A stretch of DNA of 64,000 bases from Camelus ferus (taxonomy: Eukaryota), in assembly GCF_009834535.1 (NCBI RefSeq), contig NC_045696.1:115198001-115262000 (forward strand). The letters are read 5' to 3'. The notes under the pieces are model-generated. The model made no database searches and was not told where the DNA came from. It worked only from the letters and a program-made list of their open reading frames with translations. Positions 13,270 through 26,763 of the stretch are shown one piece after another (the stretch's first letter is position 1; every line of letters begins with the position of its first letter). The position numbers and the translations under genes were made by a program.

Positions 13270-13880
13270 TGTCCTGCTTTACTTTTCCTTCCCAGTCAGG
13301 TTGTTCAAAATGGGTTTCTCCACTAGACTCCATTCTGAATCCCTCATCCATCCCTGACCGTCCTGGAAAGTGGCTTCTCTTTGATGTCACCCTGCTCAAG
13401 GACTCATAAAGGCCACCAAAAATCTCGACGACATTAGATCTCACGGAGGTTGCCATCTTACTTGATCCCTCCGTGGGCAACCTCGGTGCTGACCACCCCT
13501 TCCTGCGGTTAAAACCTCTCCCTCTTGCCTCTGGGTGGTCATCCTCCCCATCTTGTTCTTTCTCCAGCCCTTCTCATTCTTCTTCACCGAGCTGAAGATC
13601 GTCAAGTTTCAGGCTTACCCCAGGTCTCTTTGTTCTACAGTTTCCCAAGGAAATCTCTTTCATGTCCATGATTTCAGTTCTTTCCTGATGACTCTTCACC
13701 ATTTCCTCAGAATGAAGTCTGCCCAGAGCTGTCTTCTAAGCAGGAGTAGCACTTACCCAAGGGCCAGATTTCCACTTACACCTCATCCTCATTGTGTCAA
13801 AAACTTAGCTTGTCGTCTCTTCTTAGACTCGCTCTTCCTCAGGGGTTCTCTGCCCCAACTAGTAGCCTCACCATCTACAT
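13270..13880 (+). mobile_element. L2 ORF2 (RT region) remnant
   Basis: Degenerate LLDLS...VDH-like segment (cttacttgatccctcc...gctgaccacccttcct) and ctgatgactc, typical of L2. Confidence 0.55.
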
Positions 13881-14832
13881 CGTGAGGACACTTTAGGGAG
13901 ATAAAGGTATTCCCTCATTTGTGTGATTCTTCCCTAACTCACCCTGATAATACTGGGAAAGCCACACTAAACCACTGAAGCTCAGGAAATGTTTCCTGAA
14001 TACCTGGGGTCACGTTGAGTGCCTTCCCAGATTGGCACATGCTTGAAGGAGATAACACAATTATATCATGTGGAAAAGGCGTGGGGAAAGAAAGATATTT
14101 GTCAGGCTGTGGAGTAACTGTGGACCATACACTAGCTGTCCTTGTATGGAGAAGTTCATGTGGGCAAGTCTCAACTGGAAGGCACAGATCATGGGAAAAC
14201 AAGACGGTGTAACAAGATTTCAAAATCTTTTTTTTTTTTTTTCTCTCTCTCTTTAAAGATTGAGATGACTAACACCTGGATATTGTGAAAGGAATTACCC
14301 TGACAGACAGATGTAGCCAGGCGGGTTTAACTGCCCACGTAAACTGGATTTGAACACTTGGCTGTTAGTGAGGCCAGATTGTGACACACTTTGGTGAAAT
14401 AAAAGCTTTGGGGTAGCACTCTCAAGAATTACCAGGTACTAATAAACATCCATGTGCCCCAGGACTGGCTCTTTTTGCATCCTTGGTTTGAAGGTATGGT
14501 ATCATTTTTATCCAAAGCACTCATCATTCATTAATATTGATTTCAGCATTCCATTTTTTTAAATGTGGTTGCCCTTTGAAGATTTTCACCATTGAGCCCA
14601 CATGGAGATTTACAGATTGGCCATTGTCTTCTCCGGGAATGGATGACTAATTCTTTCTAGTATCATCTCAGCAGGGTCTAGCCATGTTTGGCTCTGGGAA
14701 AGCACTCTTTCTCAACCCCAAAAGGAGAAGGACCCAGGAGAAAGCAAGACCCTGTCTCCTATTAGCAATGCATTCTGGAACACCTTACCTTTAAATTACT
14801 TCTCACTTGAGAGTGTGGCTTTTGCACTAGAG

Positions 14833-15041
14833 CTATGAAGTCTAATAGAAACTTCTGCGATGGTGGAAACATCTTTTAACTGCAGTAGGCAATGAACTAG
14901 TCCCTGTCCACACGTGGGTACCAAGCACTTGAAATGTAGTTGGTGTGACTGAGAAACTGAATTTTTAATTTGGCTTAAATTTGCTTGACTCTAATTTAAA
15001 ATAGCCACACATGGGAGTGACTGCCATATTGGACAGCTCAG
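14833..15041. mobile_element. MER3 hAT MITE with perfect 8-bp TSD
   Basis: gtctaatagaaacttctgcgatggtggaaa...atattggacagctcag; CACTAGAG at 14825-14832 and 15042-15049. Confidence 0.85.
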
Positions 15042-16393
15042 CACTAGAGCTCCTTTTTTCATTAGTTAGAATTAATTTCGTGGAATTAAATCTTGAGGAA
15101 TTCCTCCTGAGGAAAATTTTATATTTTCACATCCACTGGTGCAGACTGGAGAGGCAGCTTCCAGGCAGAATCTTTTGATTGCCTTTGAGGAGGTACTTGT
15201 CCTGACTAACACACTATTTGACAGAGGGGCTCAAGTGTGGAGGGTATGTAGGATTAAATGTCTCAAACTCCTTACCCTGGTACTCTGAACAGACTCTTCC
15301 TACAGTGACCCAGACACCAGAAATTGTTATGCAAGTTGGTTAAATAAGTGAGAGATTCCACTTTTCTTCTAGTGAAGACATGACTCAGGATATTGGCAAC
15401 TAGGCAGTAGAGGTATTTTGATTTTGGTCATGGTCCTCAGTGGCAACGGCAGAGAACACATTAGCTAGTCCTGTTTTCTTAACTTTCTTCTTTGGGGTAG
15501 CATCCTGGAATATTTAAACACCACAACTTAAAATGAGTTCATAAAAGGATTTGAACAAGGGAAAACAGGGCTCACTCATTCACATGTGTTTTCTCTCACT
15601 AGTTAAGATGGTGTCAGATGGTTGACTTGGACAAACGTTTCTGAATCACTGTCTCCCAACTGCTGCTCCAATTGTCCTGACTCTGACATTCTCACCTCAT
15701 TCCTCTCTGTGGTCAAGGGCAGGGTGTGTGAGTCAGCAGTCAACACCCTTTGTGGCTTAGTGCTGCCAACTGCCCCCACGGACCAGACCTGGCTTTCACG
15801 TTTGAATTGACCTGCCAAGGGCAAGTCACTTTAGGCCAACGAGGGCCTTCATCCTGAAGGAGAAGGTGATGAGTCCATTTTCCAAACCCTAGTAGGTGAA
15901 CCGACAATCCAAAACAGAAAAAATGAAAACAGTAAAAGAAAAATTGTGACCAACCCATACTAAATTCACATTTTAACTCAAAACTCGTTTCTAGTTGTAT
16001 CTTGCAGTTGGGAACAGTGTTTAAACAAAGAGAGGAGGAACTGGATGGGAGTTTGGGTCACTGAGGTTTAAGGAAACATGGTAAACATCCCAGTTTTCCT
16101 AGCTAGGGAGTAACAAACAATCTCAACAACAGACTGCCCCTTGTCATCCCCAGCCAACAACCAGGCAGCCACACAAGGGAATGCAGCAAACACTAATCTG
16201 TTTTTCTGATTTGGCAATTGGATGTTAAAGAATGTACACTGGAGGGCTTTGGAAACATGTTTGATGTGATAGTCGTGTCTTTTGGGATTCTTTCTCAAAT
16301 ATAGGACAGAACCAGCATCTTCTCATGGTAGGTAAATATTGGTAATAAATACTGAATATTCCTTTATTGTCTCCCGTACAAGGGATGGGTCTG

Positions 16394-16442
16394 TTCTTTT
16401 TTCTTTTTCTTTTCTTTCTTTCTTTTTTTTTTTTTTTTTTTT
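16394..16442. repeat. T-rich/(TTTC)n simple repeat
   Basis: Read directly. Confidence 0.85.
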
Positions 16443-17073
16443 GAGCAGTAATAGAATTTTCTCACAAGATTTCTGATTTAGTCCATTACATGCTGGCTGC
16501 AAGGGAGCTGACTTGCCTTATATGACAAGCCTGACTTCGTAGAGTATTCCTTTTTGTTGTCATTTTGTTTATTTGTTTGTTTGTTTAACTTTAAAAGCTA
16601 TTTGCATCAGTGCATAAAAAATTGTTGAGGTTACTCGCATTTACATCCAATACCATTTATTACCTGTGTAATTTTAGGTGAGATGTATTTTAGGGGATAG
16701 CTTAGACTTTGGAGTTTGTAAACTGGGTATTAAAATAGATACCTGGCAAAATTCATGTGCATTTTAAAGGAATTTTAAGGAGATAGCAGGTCTAGTCCAT
16801 GTCAGTTGCTTTACTCAATTGATTTATAAAATTTAGCTATATTCTCAGCATTTCACTCCCACCCACCCTGGCTGGCCAGTTGCAGTAATGACAACATTCA
16901 TTCCATGGCCAGGGTTCTGTGTCAAATCAAGTTTTGCCTTTATGCCCCAAATCCATCATTTCTTTCCTACTTCCTATTAGTAGTATTACATCTAATTCTT
17001 TGATGTCCACTATCCCATAGACCTCAGATATCCTATTGCACCCCTCCGTCCCACAATGGACATGGCAAATTCT

Positions 17074-17861
17074 TTTTTTTTGATTAAGTATAGTCAGTTA
17101 CAATTTGTCAGTTTCTAGTGTATAGCACAATGTCCCAGTCATGCATATACATACATATATTCATTTTTATATTCTTTTTCATTAAAGGTTATTACAAGAT
17201 CTTGAACATAGTCCCCCATGCTATACAGAAGAGATTTTTAAATCTATTTTTATATATATAGTGGCTAACATTTGCAAATCTCAAATTACCAAATTTATCC
17301 CTTCCTTCCCCCTTTCCCCCCAAGTAACTGTAAGATTGTTTACTATGTCTGTGAGTCTTGTTTCTGTTTTGTAGAGGAATTCAGTGTCTTTTAAAATTTT
17401 ATTTTTTATGGATTCCATATATGAGTGATATCATATGGTATTTTTCTTTCTCTTTCTGACTTCACTTAGAATGACAATCTCTAGGTCCATCCATATTGCT
17501 GCAAATAGAATTATTTTATTCTTTTTTATGACTGAGTAGTATTCCATTGTATAAATATACCACATCTTCTTTATCCAGTCATCTATCAATGGACACTTAG
17601 GTTGCTTCCATGTCTTGGCTATTGTATATAGTGCTGCTATGAACATTGGGGTGCATGTATCTTTTTGAATTAGAGTTCCCTCCAGATATATGCCCAGGAG
17701 TGGGATTGCTGGATCATAGGGTAAGTCTATTTTTAGTTTTTTCAGGAATCTCCATACTGTTTTCCATAATGGCTGCACCAAACTGCATTCCCCCCAGCAG
17801 TGTAGGAGGGTTCCCTTTTCTCCACACCCTTTCCAGCATTTATCGTTCGTGGACTTCTGAA
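17074..17861 (-). mobile_element. 5'-truncated camelid L1 with 16-bp TSD
   Basis: ORF 17431-17925 encodes the L1 ORF2 C-terminus ([15 protein letters not shown]...[11 protein letters not shown]). TSD gg(a/g)catggcaaattct at 17058-17073 and 17862-17877. TT/AGAA endonuclease-type site. Confidence 0.93.
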
Positions 17862-18829
17862 GGGCATGGCAAATTCTAACTGAAATAGTTGGGAATGGAT
17901 GTGAGTAGTGTTCCATGTATATCAAATCAGGTGTTTTACAAGGAACTACTTAGGACTGGATGTTGTATAAAATGCTCTGATGTTCTTCTGTTAGGTATGA
18001 CTATTCTGAGCAGTTTAGCAGTTTAATCACGGCTCACTATTGACACTATTGAAATATACATATATACAGGTAAGCATATAAAAGAATATATATAAAATTA
18101 AATTGATGGTAAAGGAAAAAGATGTGATAGAAATTATTCCTCCCATCAGGAAATCAGGGATTTTGGCTACTTCCTATAAATAATAATATTATAATATATA
18201 TAATATAATGTATGTTATTTGATAATAATATATTTAGCTGTATATCTATATATTTTAATGATTCACAGTTCTAACGCATGTACTGTCATGAATATTTAAC
18301 AGCATCAACCCTTAATCATTTTGAGCTTTGGTTTTGTCATTTGGAGAAATGAGTGATTAAGTAGCAGGTGAAGCTGTCAGGATGTCTGTGACTGTTTGAT
18401 GAACCCTGGATAGATCAAGTGCAGAAGTTCAAGGTTAAAGTGTCGCATGAGGGAAAGAACATTATCCGGCTCTTGAGGAATATTTCAAAATATTGATTTA
18501 CAGAGTGACCCTTTATTGTAAAGTCTTTCTTTCTGCTGGGATCAAAATAAACAAAGTGAAGAATTTTCAGGTGCTTTTAAAATCATCTTGACTGACCACT
18601 TTCAGGGAGCCCAGATTTCTGTCTTGACCACCTTGAACCATGGCTCCTTTGGAACTTATTGGGTTCATTAAAAAAAATATCCCTCACTCAGTGAACACTG
18701 GCCAGGCCCACTGCTCGGCACTCTATAGACTTTCTCTCTAATATGATAGAGTCAACTGACAACCACTGGTTTACAATTCCTATTTATCTGTCTAAGTTAT
18801 TGAAACACACATTTCCAAATTTACATTTT

Positions 18830-19150
18830 TTATTGAAGTATTGAAGTCGGTTTACAATGTGTCAGTTTCTGGTGTACAGCATAATGGTTCAGTCATACAT
18901 ACACATACATATATTCCTTTTCATATTCTTTTTCATTATAAGTTACTTTAAGATATTGAATACAGGTTCCTGTGCTCTACAGAAGAAACTTGTTGTTTCT
19001 CTATTTTATATAATAGTAGTTAGTATCTGCAAATCTCGAACTCCCAATTTATCCCTTCCCACCCCATTTCCCCCCTGGCAACCATGAGTTTGTTTTCTAT
19101 GTCTGTGAGTCTGTTTCTGTTTTGTAAATAAGTTCATTTGTGTCTTTTTT
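18830..19150 (-). mobile_element. L1 3'UTR fragment with probable TSD tttacatttt
   Basis: tttattgaagta...tacaatgtgtcagtttctggtgtacagc...aataagttcatttgtgtc; repeat at 18820-18829 and 19151-19160. Confidence 0.88.
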
Positions 19151-20158
19151 TTTACATTTTAATTAGATTTTCAAAAACGCAAACTTTTGAAGTGAATGCA
19201 ACAAGTTACTTTCTCAAATAGTCTCTATTAACAGCTAGGTTATTCTGGTACTTTTTTCAAATGCACAGATTTGTACTTCTGTGAATACACAGCTGCCTTG
19301 TGAATAGACCAAAGTAGTAAGTAATATGTTTGCACTGTAGTTCAATTCCAAATTCTAAATATGAATATAAACTAACAAAACCAGTCATCAAAAAGGTGCA
19401 GAGAGTTTTGTGAACTTACTGCATCCTATTTATTTTATTTACCTTCATTATTCAACACCTTCTTCAGTATAACTATAATAATTAATCTCTACTCAATAAA
19501 TTTTTTTATTTGTTGACTTTCATGGCATATAAGAAATTTGGCATGGAGTGTCCATAGACAAAGGACATGAATTTGTTATTTTTTCAGTCTCCATTCCACA
19601 AAGGCTTCAAAAAGCTTTTCTCAAATTAAGAACATCAATATTTCCAGAAATGTGACACTCCAATGAATAAAGCAAAACTTGGTAAATAATAACAACAAAA
19701 CAACTCTTTTTTAAACCTGTAGGCCTGTCTACAAATTCATTATATATTTTGATGTTTATTATTGTTGAGATAATTTTATAATAAAGAAAAGAATAATAAA
19801 TATGTATTCCTGTCCTAAATATAATAACTTTGATTTAAAAAATGAAAGAATGAAATAGTTGTTTTCTCAAGGAGCATATTTAATCAGCTTTGCAGGGGAA
19901 ACATATTTTGTTTGCTGCTTTTGATTTTACACTATTTGCAAATAATGTTCTTGCTGTTGAGCACATACAGATTGCTATAAGTAAAATGTTTGAGAATGTA
20001 TCCTAATTTTAAAGGCAGAAATATTAGCCCCAGATAATTTTTAAGATGTAGCCTCAATTTTGTGCCTCAATATTAAGCCATAGATTTAGAGGCAGTTCTC
20101 TGTGTTAGAATAAAGTAATCCGGTGTTTCACTTCGACCCATGAATTGTTATTCTCTGG

Positions 20159-20580
20159 TGTCATAGGTCACATGCTGCTGGATGTGGACTCTGAGACTTT
20201 ACTGGGGACCATCTCCTGCGAAGAATCAGAGATTCGGGCCTGAGCAAAGGGAGAAGTTGAACTGTGATGCAGTCACAACAGAGGTCTCAGTCTGTCCTAG
20301 GTTCTATGAGGTGCTTTAGAGCTGACATAGAGCTTCAGGGTTGCCCTGGCTTGAGGCAAGGGGGAGAAGGCAGTAAACCCCTGCATGAATCCATCGTTAC
20401 CTGGGGCTACCAGCCTCTCCACTCGGGAGGGACTTTGACCTTGGTTTAAGCAGCTTCCTTTGATCCAAGGCAGTGCTGGAAGAGGATCCCAGGTGAGAGA
20501 CATCAGTGGTGGCTCCCCAGCAGTTGGGGAGCCTTCATCAGGAAGGGGGCTCTCAGGAGCATACCACAGCATCCACTACA
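20159..20580 (-). mobile_element. ERVL solo LTR (LTR16-family-like)
   Basis: TG...CA termini, gggagaagttgaactgtgatgcagtcacaacagagg and terminal accacagcatccactaca; 5-bp flanks tctgg/cctgg. Confidence 0.78.
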
Positions 20581-23059
20581 CCTGGATTTGCAGAGCAAGT
20601 AGCCAAAGAATATGTGGTCACGAGTTCTTTGTTTTCCACTGATCTTTCAGGTTTCTCCCTTCAAACAGGTAGTAGGGGATGGACACAAGTAGTAGCTCCA
20701 CCTTCTCCCCAGTTTTACGACTCTGATGTTTTTATCCCCTAGGTAGGAAACTCCCGTTGCAACATTGAGAAAGCACCTTGAATTGTCTGTATAATGGATT
20801 GCAAAGGAATTAAGTATCTGGGAGAAAGGAAGGTGGGAGTTAACTTCCCTGGCAATCAAATCAACATATATTTCTTCTTTGTTCCTCTCATTTTAGTGGA
20901 TAAAAAAAGAAGCTTGAGTTTGCCCTGAACCTCTTTGGATATCCTGAACCAGAGAGAGACTGATAAATGAAATAATTACAGAATATGTTCCTGCTAAATT
21001 GTATTCTTGTAATTATAAAAATAGAATATCTCTTTGGATGCGACGCAAACAGCTAGTTTATCAACTTACTTCTTTCTCCACGATAATATGTTAGCCCTTA
21101 CCTGATTTCTAAGATTTTAGGGTCAAACAAGGTAATCAGTGTGCATGAATGAATACTTTTTGCAAAGCATGTGATACAGATAATAATAATTTCTAATTAT
21201 TTATTGAAAGCTCACTATTATTTTTGTAAACCTGTTAAGCTATACCACTGACTCCAACCCAAACTTATTTTACTCCTGAGTTTTCTAAAGAGGCATCCAC
21301 CAAAATTTAATTTTTTGGTTCTTTAACTTTTCATCGAAAGAGAAGTTGTCAGCAATACCAAAGTCATGACAGGTCCATCACCAAAGTTCTATGAATGTCC
21401 TCTCCAAGCAAGTGTACCGCCAGGTGGACCATAAACTAAGTTTACGATGTGCTCTGGTGAATGTAGACGTGTTAAATTTTGCTTTTATCTGTTTGTTTTA
21501 ACGTCTGCCCCGCACTTCCTGACTTGGACTACTTTTTATTTTAATTCGTTGGCAGATTCAGACTCGCTGTTACTGGCCTTGTGGTTGCGGAGGAACACTT
21601 CAAGAGGGAAGTGAAAAGAGGCAGGGGGAAATACTAGTTGTGTTAATTTGGCTCCAGTTGATTTTATACTTGGAGCCAGGAGAGCTAATGGTTTTCCTGG
21701 GGATGGTTAATTAAATCCTGTGCTGACGGCTTCTGTTACACGTATTAAGTCACCCACCTTGTTAGTAGATCTTCTGGTCCAGTAGGGTTGGCTTTAGCGT
21801 TGGGGGATCATTTTTTAAGTGTTTACCTTTGTTCGGGTAACTGACTGAGAGCAAGATGATGGGGGTGTGTGTGCGGTTGACCGGCACTGACTGTGAGATT
21901 TGTAAAGATCATTTGTGTGGGATTTCACTCCACTTTGTTTTAAAAACAAGATAGTAGGCAAGTACGCGGCACAGACAGGAACCTTTCTTCTCTTTTCTGT
22001 CTCTTAAAATTCTCTTCCAGGAGAACAGCAAAAATCCCACTGCATTTTGTTTTCCTAATGCTTCTTGGATTCTCACTAGCAGGGTCTTTTTTTTTACAGT
22101 CTGTTGCTTGCCTCTCAGATTAGAAGGCTGGCATAGTTTAACAGTTTCCTAGGATTCAAACAGCCTTTAATTAACAACAAATGTTGTTATTTGGAATGTT
22201 ACCAAAATATGGGAGACAGAACAGGAAAAGTGGGCTTCTGTCCTTTCAACTTCTGAATGCACTGGAGTCCTAGGAAGGGGGCAAGGGTGCAATTTCCTTG
22301 CAAATAGCTGATTGCCCACTGATACGCAGAGGAGGTGTCTATGTTGCTATAATATCCCATTGCCTGCTCACTGGTGATCTTCTAAATTCCACCTGTTCGT
22401 GACTGGGTAGGAGGCAGGTTGTCGTTGAATGTTCAGAGCCACAGGGGTGTAAATAGCGCAGGGACTACATGATTAGTAGCTGGATTTGCTGGTTTTAATC
22501 TTCCAGTTGCCAAGGCAGTAAGGTGTGGCTGCCTGTGTTTGTGGTTAAGTTCCTTGTCCCTGCCAGGTTCATGTCATCTTGCTGCCAGAGTTTTGGAGGT
22601 AGTAGAAAAGAGCAGTTCTGTAAATTAAACACTCATACTGGATGCATATTTTGAGCAAAAGTTAGTTTTCAAAGAGGGATGGGGGAGCAGTGGAGGGGTC
22701 TCCCCTTTGAATCAAGGGATCATGGCTACAGAGTTGTTACTGACTCAATCCAGAGCTCTAGGCAGGAAAAGAAGGATGGATTGGAGAATATGATATGTCT
22801 GAAATGTTAACAATTCCTTGCATTAATTGGAAAGTTCTAATCCAACAAAGAAAAGGGAGCAGCTCCACAGGCTTCCTCTGCTTCAAGACACAGCTGTGCA
22901 CTGGCCGGTCCCCGGTTGAAGTCAACACTCTCTGTGCCTTGTTTTTTTCCAGTGATCCTTGAAGCTGGCCTTTTGGTCTCAAAAGAGACTGTGGTGTTTG
23001 CGTATTGTATGTTTGACACGTGCGATGCCCCTGATCGCTCCCTTTTCTCTCCTGTGCAG

Positions 23060-23202
23060 GTGGTACGTGCCAGAGCCCTGCTCTCCCAGCCCTGGTCCGC
23101 CCACCAGCCCCTCCTCTGCAACCGTCGCTGGACATTAAACCGTTTCTTCCCTTTCCTCTTGACACTGCGGCCGCAGTCAACCTCTTCCCCAATTTTAATG
23201 CG
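23060..23202 (+). CDS. ZNF385D: Internal coding exon (second coding exon, 143 nt, phase 1 to phase 0) of zinc finger protein 385D
   Basis: Polypyrimidine tract plus acceptor (ccttttctctcctgtgcAG, ending 23059) and donor GCG|GTAAGT (23203). Translation (G)GTCQSPALPALVRPPAPPLQPSLDIKPFLPFPLDTAAAVNLFPNFNA matches the recalled human ZNF385D N-terminus MRNIMYFG-GTCQSP...NFNA-MDPIQK. Confidence 0.95.
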
Positions 23203-25019
23203 GTAAGTCCTGTGGCCATCTGCCTGTGCCAGGGTGGTAGGCACTGGAAAACCTTAAGGGCCGGGGTGAGCTGGTCACTACCTCTATTTCACTTCTTTGC
23301 TCTAGTCCATGGCTGGTCCGAAAGCACAACAAAGCTAGTTGTCTGCCTGGTGGTAAGGTCCCCAGAACCAGGTGCCTTCAAGGGAGAATGAAAGGAGATT
23401 CAATCTGACTGGGTTGACCCTGAGTTCATGTCTCCCTTTTGGTATCTTTCTAGGCAACACTAACCTATAAAGCTTTTATTTTATTAGGTTTTCAAATTTT
23501 ATTTAATTTTATTTTTTTTAGTTTCTTTTCCATGCTAAGTTCAATTTAATTGAAATTTAACAGATTTGTTAGAGCATTTGAAGGCAAGTAGCTGTCTACT
23601 AATTTAAACACGTCTTTCTTCTCTCTGGGTCCTCTTTAATTTTTAGATCTGTTACATCTTTTCTAATTGAATAAAGAGGACCCTGGTGTTAATCACAACA
23701 CAGATAGACACCAAGGTATAGAGCACATTTTCGCTTCTTAACTTAAAACAACATAGCGTGCTGGTAGCAAGAATTTTCTTCTTTTTTTTTTTTTTTTTTC
23801 CTTCTTGCTTAGCTTAAGTTCCTCAACTTAAGTCTTTCTTAAATTACCTTGTTTGGGGAGCTTTCTCAACAGCCTCCTCAACAGCAATTCAATCCTTACT
23901 TGCTTCTGTTTTCACTCTTAAGCGTGTCTTTGCAGGCTGCCAGAGTCCTCGAATTCATCATCATCTTTCTTTCGTACAAGCAGTGAGAATATTCTTAGGA
24001 TGGAAACAGAAGTAAGGGTTGAAAAGGTTAGAAGCCAGTAAGTGACATTTTTTTCTAATATCATGTGATTCAGCTTTCAGCAGTTATTAGAAGGCGAGGC
24101 TGAGTTTATCAATGACAGGACTTGTCAACACACGCAAAGTGAAGGGGATTAAGACGTGAGTCACTGAGTGCCCAGGGAGCTAAATAACCCAGATTTCTTG
24201 TTGTAACATCTTGTCCCCATGATGGACTTGAAAAACAGCTCGGCCCACAATTAGATCATTCTCCTTCAGGAGACAGAAGTGGGTCTCATTTTCACTAATA
24301 ATTCTTCATCACGGGACTTCGGACCTGCCAGTAAGATGCTACGGTTACCTGCCGGCCTTTACTGAAGGACAAGGGAGAATTACAGTGATGGCTTTGTCGT
24401 AGGGGTCATGAAGGATTTTCCACAGGGATCTTATTTTGAAATGGATGGAACAGAAACAGAGCAACAAAAAGATCACATTTCCAAAGTAGAGGTTTCTAAT
24501 TGTAGGTGTTTCAATAAGAGTAGAGAACAAATTGCTCCGAATCAAATTCCCTGCTTCTTGAACGACCACGTTACAGCCCCTGGGTTTCCTCTCTCTGAGC
24601 TCCTTGCCTGTTCTTCTCTTAAGTGACTTCTTAGCACAGTCTTGCTTCCCAGGAAGACACCCAGAGATGTCCCATCAGGGTGTTTTGTGTGACCTCCTGT
24701 CACTTGGGTCTCATGTCAGCTTTAGAGAAGCTGAGGTAAAACTCCTGGAAGGTTGTAGAAGACTGGGTTTAAAACTTTTGCTTTGCCCTTTGGGTCACAT
24801 TATAAACAAAATGGTTCATCTGATTGACAGTGAGTATTGTTCGTCATAAAACAAAGATGAGTGATATACTGAGCTATAGGATACTGAGCACACCTCTTTA
24901 ATCTCTTTGCTGGTGTTTCCTCATCTTTAATGTATAGGGAGTGGATCTGATAATCTCTTCCTTTGGGGTTATACTGCTTAAACTATCTGAGCATTTGTGG
25001 GCATAGACAGTCCTGAAGG

Positions 25020-25235
25020 GGGTCAGGGGGACTCTGAGCTAGACTGACTCGGTTCAAGTCTAAGAGCTGCTACCTTGGGTAAGTCATGTTATCCCCAGGT
25101 ATCTCTGTGTCTTTATAAAATGGGATGAATACTGAACCTACTTCATCAGCTTGTGGTAACGATGACGTGGGTTAAATCACTTGGCCCCGGCTCAGCATAT
25201 AACAAACACTGTTTGAGTACTAGGCATTGTGTTTA
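25020..25235 (+). mobile_element. MIR SINE remnant
   Basis: ggactctgagctagactgactcggttcaagtc...ccttgggtaagtca...tataaaatgggatgaatact. Confidence 0.65.
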
Positions 25236-26763
25236 TAAATACCCTGTAAATCCTCATTTTGAATGTGGAAGTTCACCGACTAAGCGATGGCCAGGTTTTA
25301 CTTGGTTCTTTTTCTTCTGTGACTGATTTTGACTTGTGGTGGTTTGTTCCACTTAAAACGAGAGACTCTGTGCTGCTGCACCTATTGGTTATGTCCTTCC
25401 AGGGCCAGTCAAGCTGCAGCCAGTCACAGATTAAGCCACTCCTTGCTTCCAGCTGGGCGGAATGGTTGCAAAGCCCCAGACTGGATGGCCTTGGACTGAG
25501 AATTAGGGGGTAGAGCATCTCTCCAAGTAGCAGCCTGAGTTCTTGATTTTGTAGCAGGTGTGACTCTCAAACCACAAATTCAGGGTGTATTAAATGTAAC
25601 TTTTTATTGCTCTAAGTTGATTTTATCTCTGGTTCAAAAGCCCATTTTATTAGTCTGCAGGGAAATGCAATTGAATTCTTTTCAGGGTGCGCCAAGTTTC
25701 TGGAATCAAACAGACTATCCATCCAGCTTTTGGTGGGAGACTTCCTCTGCTCATCAAGTTTTGCATCCACATAGGCATTCCTGGGATGGTGAGCCCCGGT
25801 GAGCATGGTCCTGCTCTCGACTTCGGAGGCACAGATTTGGGACGCTTCAGTAGTCCCTCCGGCCTGGATAGGCCACGTTCCTATGACCTCATTGCCACCC
25901 TACAACCTCCCCTCACCTGACCTTTTGAAACAAGGTCCGTGGTGATCAGAGACTGTCTTCCTGTTATATTCCTCCTCTGAGCATATGAGTAGGGAATCAT
26001 CTGTCTATTTGGGACTAAGGTGTGGCAGAATGGTGAAGGAAAAAAATTTAAGTATATACATGTAAAAAAATCCATAAGTGGTTATCTCTCATTATTACCC
26101 TTAAATAAGAGTATAAAACCATTGGGTTTAGATGTGAGTCAGGAAGAATCATGAAACATTTGTTAAAAAAAAAACAACAAAAACACAGTTAAGAGAGAAA
26201 CACAGATGTCAGATTTCAGCTGGGATATGGATGTAAGAAAGGACATTCAGTTGAACCCTTAGGATTTCTTAGTCTACTTAGAGCCGGCTTTTAAGGAACA
26301 GCAACAGAAGCTGCTCCCTTGAGCTGGGGATGCTGTATCTCTGGATGTTCCAGTAGCTTTCAGGCAAGAGGAAGCGTCCCTTGAATCCTTCATCATACCC
26401 CCATCCTATCCCTCAATCTCTTAAGACATCGGAGTTTCAGTGCTCAGGACCATTCTTATCTCGGTGATCCCACTCTGCGTGTGCATTTCTTAAAAGGATC
26501 CAATCCTGGAAGTAGGTGAATGATATTTAGTAAAGAAATACTTCTTTCCTACGTAGTATGTGCTTTACCAAGCATCTACTATGTGCTTGGGACAGGGATC
26601 ACAAAAATTAGGTTATGAGCTCTGTCATTAAAATACTTTAGTCCATACAGAAGCAGCTGGAAAAAAATAAAGAAATGTTTGTAAATGTGAGTGCTTTTAT
26701 AAAGAGTGATGTACAAGAGAGAATGGCAGCTCAAGGACAGGAGTGAAAGGCTGTCTGTATGGT

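Noticed and set aside
13443..13488. Inverted repeat GAGGTTGCC...GGCAACCTC
   Set aside because: Short, inside a decayed L2, and compatible with chance or a local template switch.
17431..17925. 164-aa ORF with a Cys/His motif
   Set aside because: C-terminus of L1 ORF2 in a truncated insertion; its Met lies in flanking DNA.
22758..23244. Overlapping ORFs of 153, 135 and 96 aa around the exon
   Set aside because: They are shadows of the GC-rich ZNF385D exon on the wrong strand or frame, with no recognisable protein.
23311..23322. GGCTGGTCCGAA, matching the 5' end of Y1 RNA
   Set aside because: The match ends after 12 nt, with no complementary 3' stem, tail or TSD.
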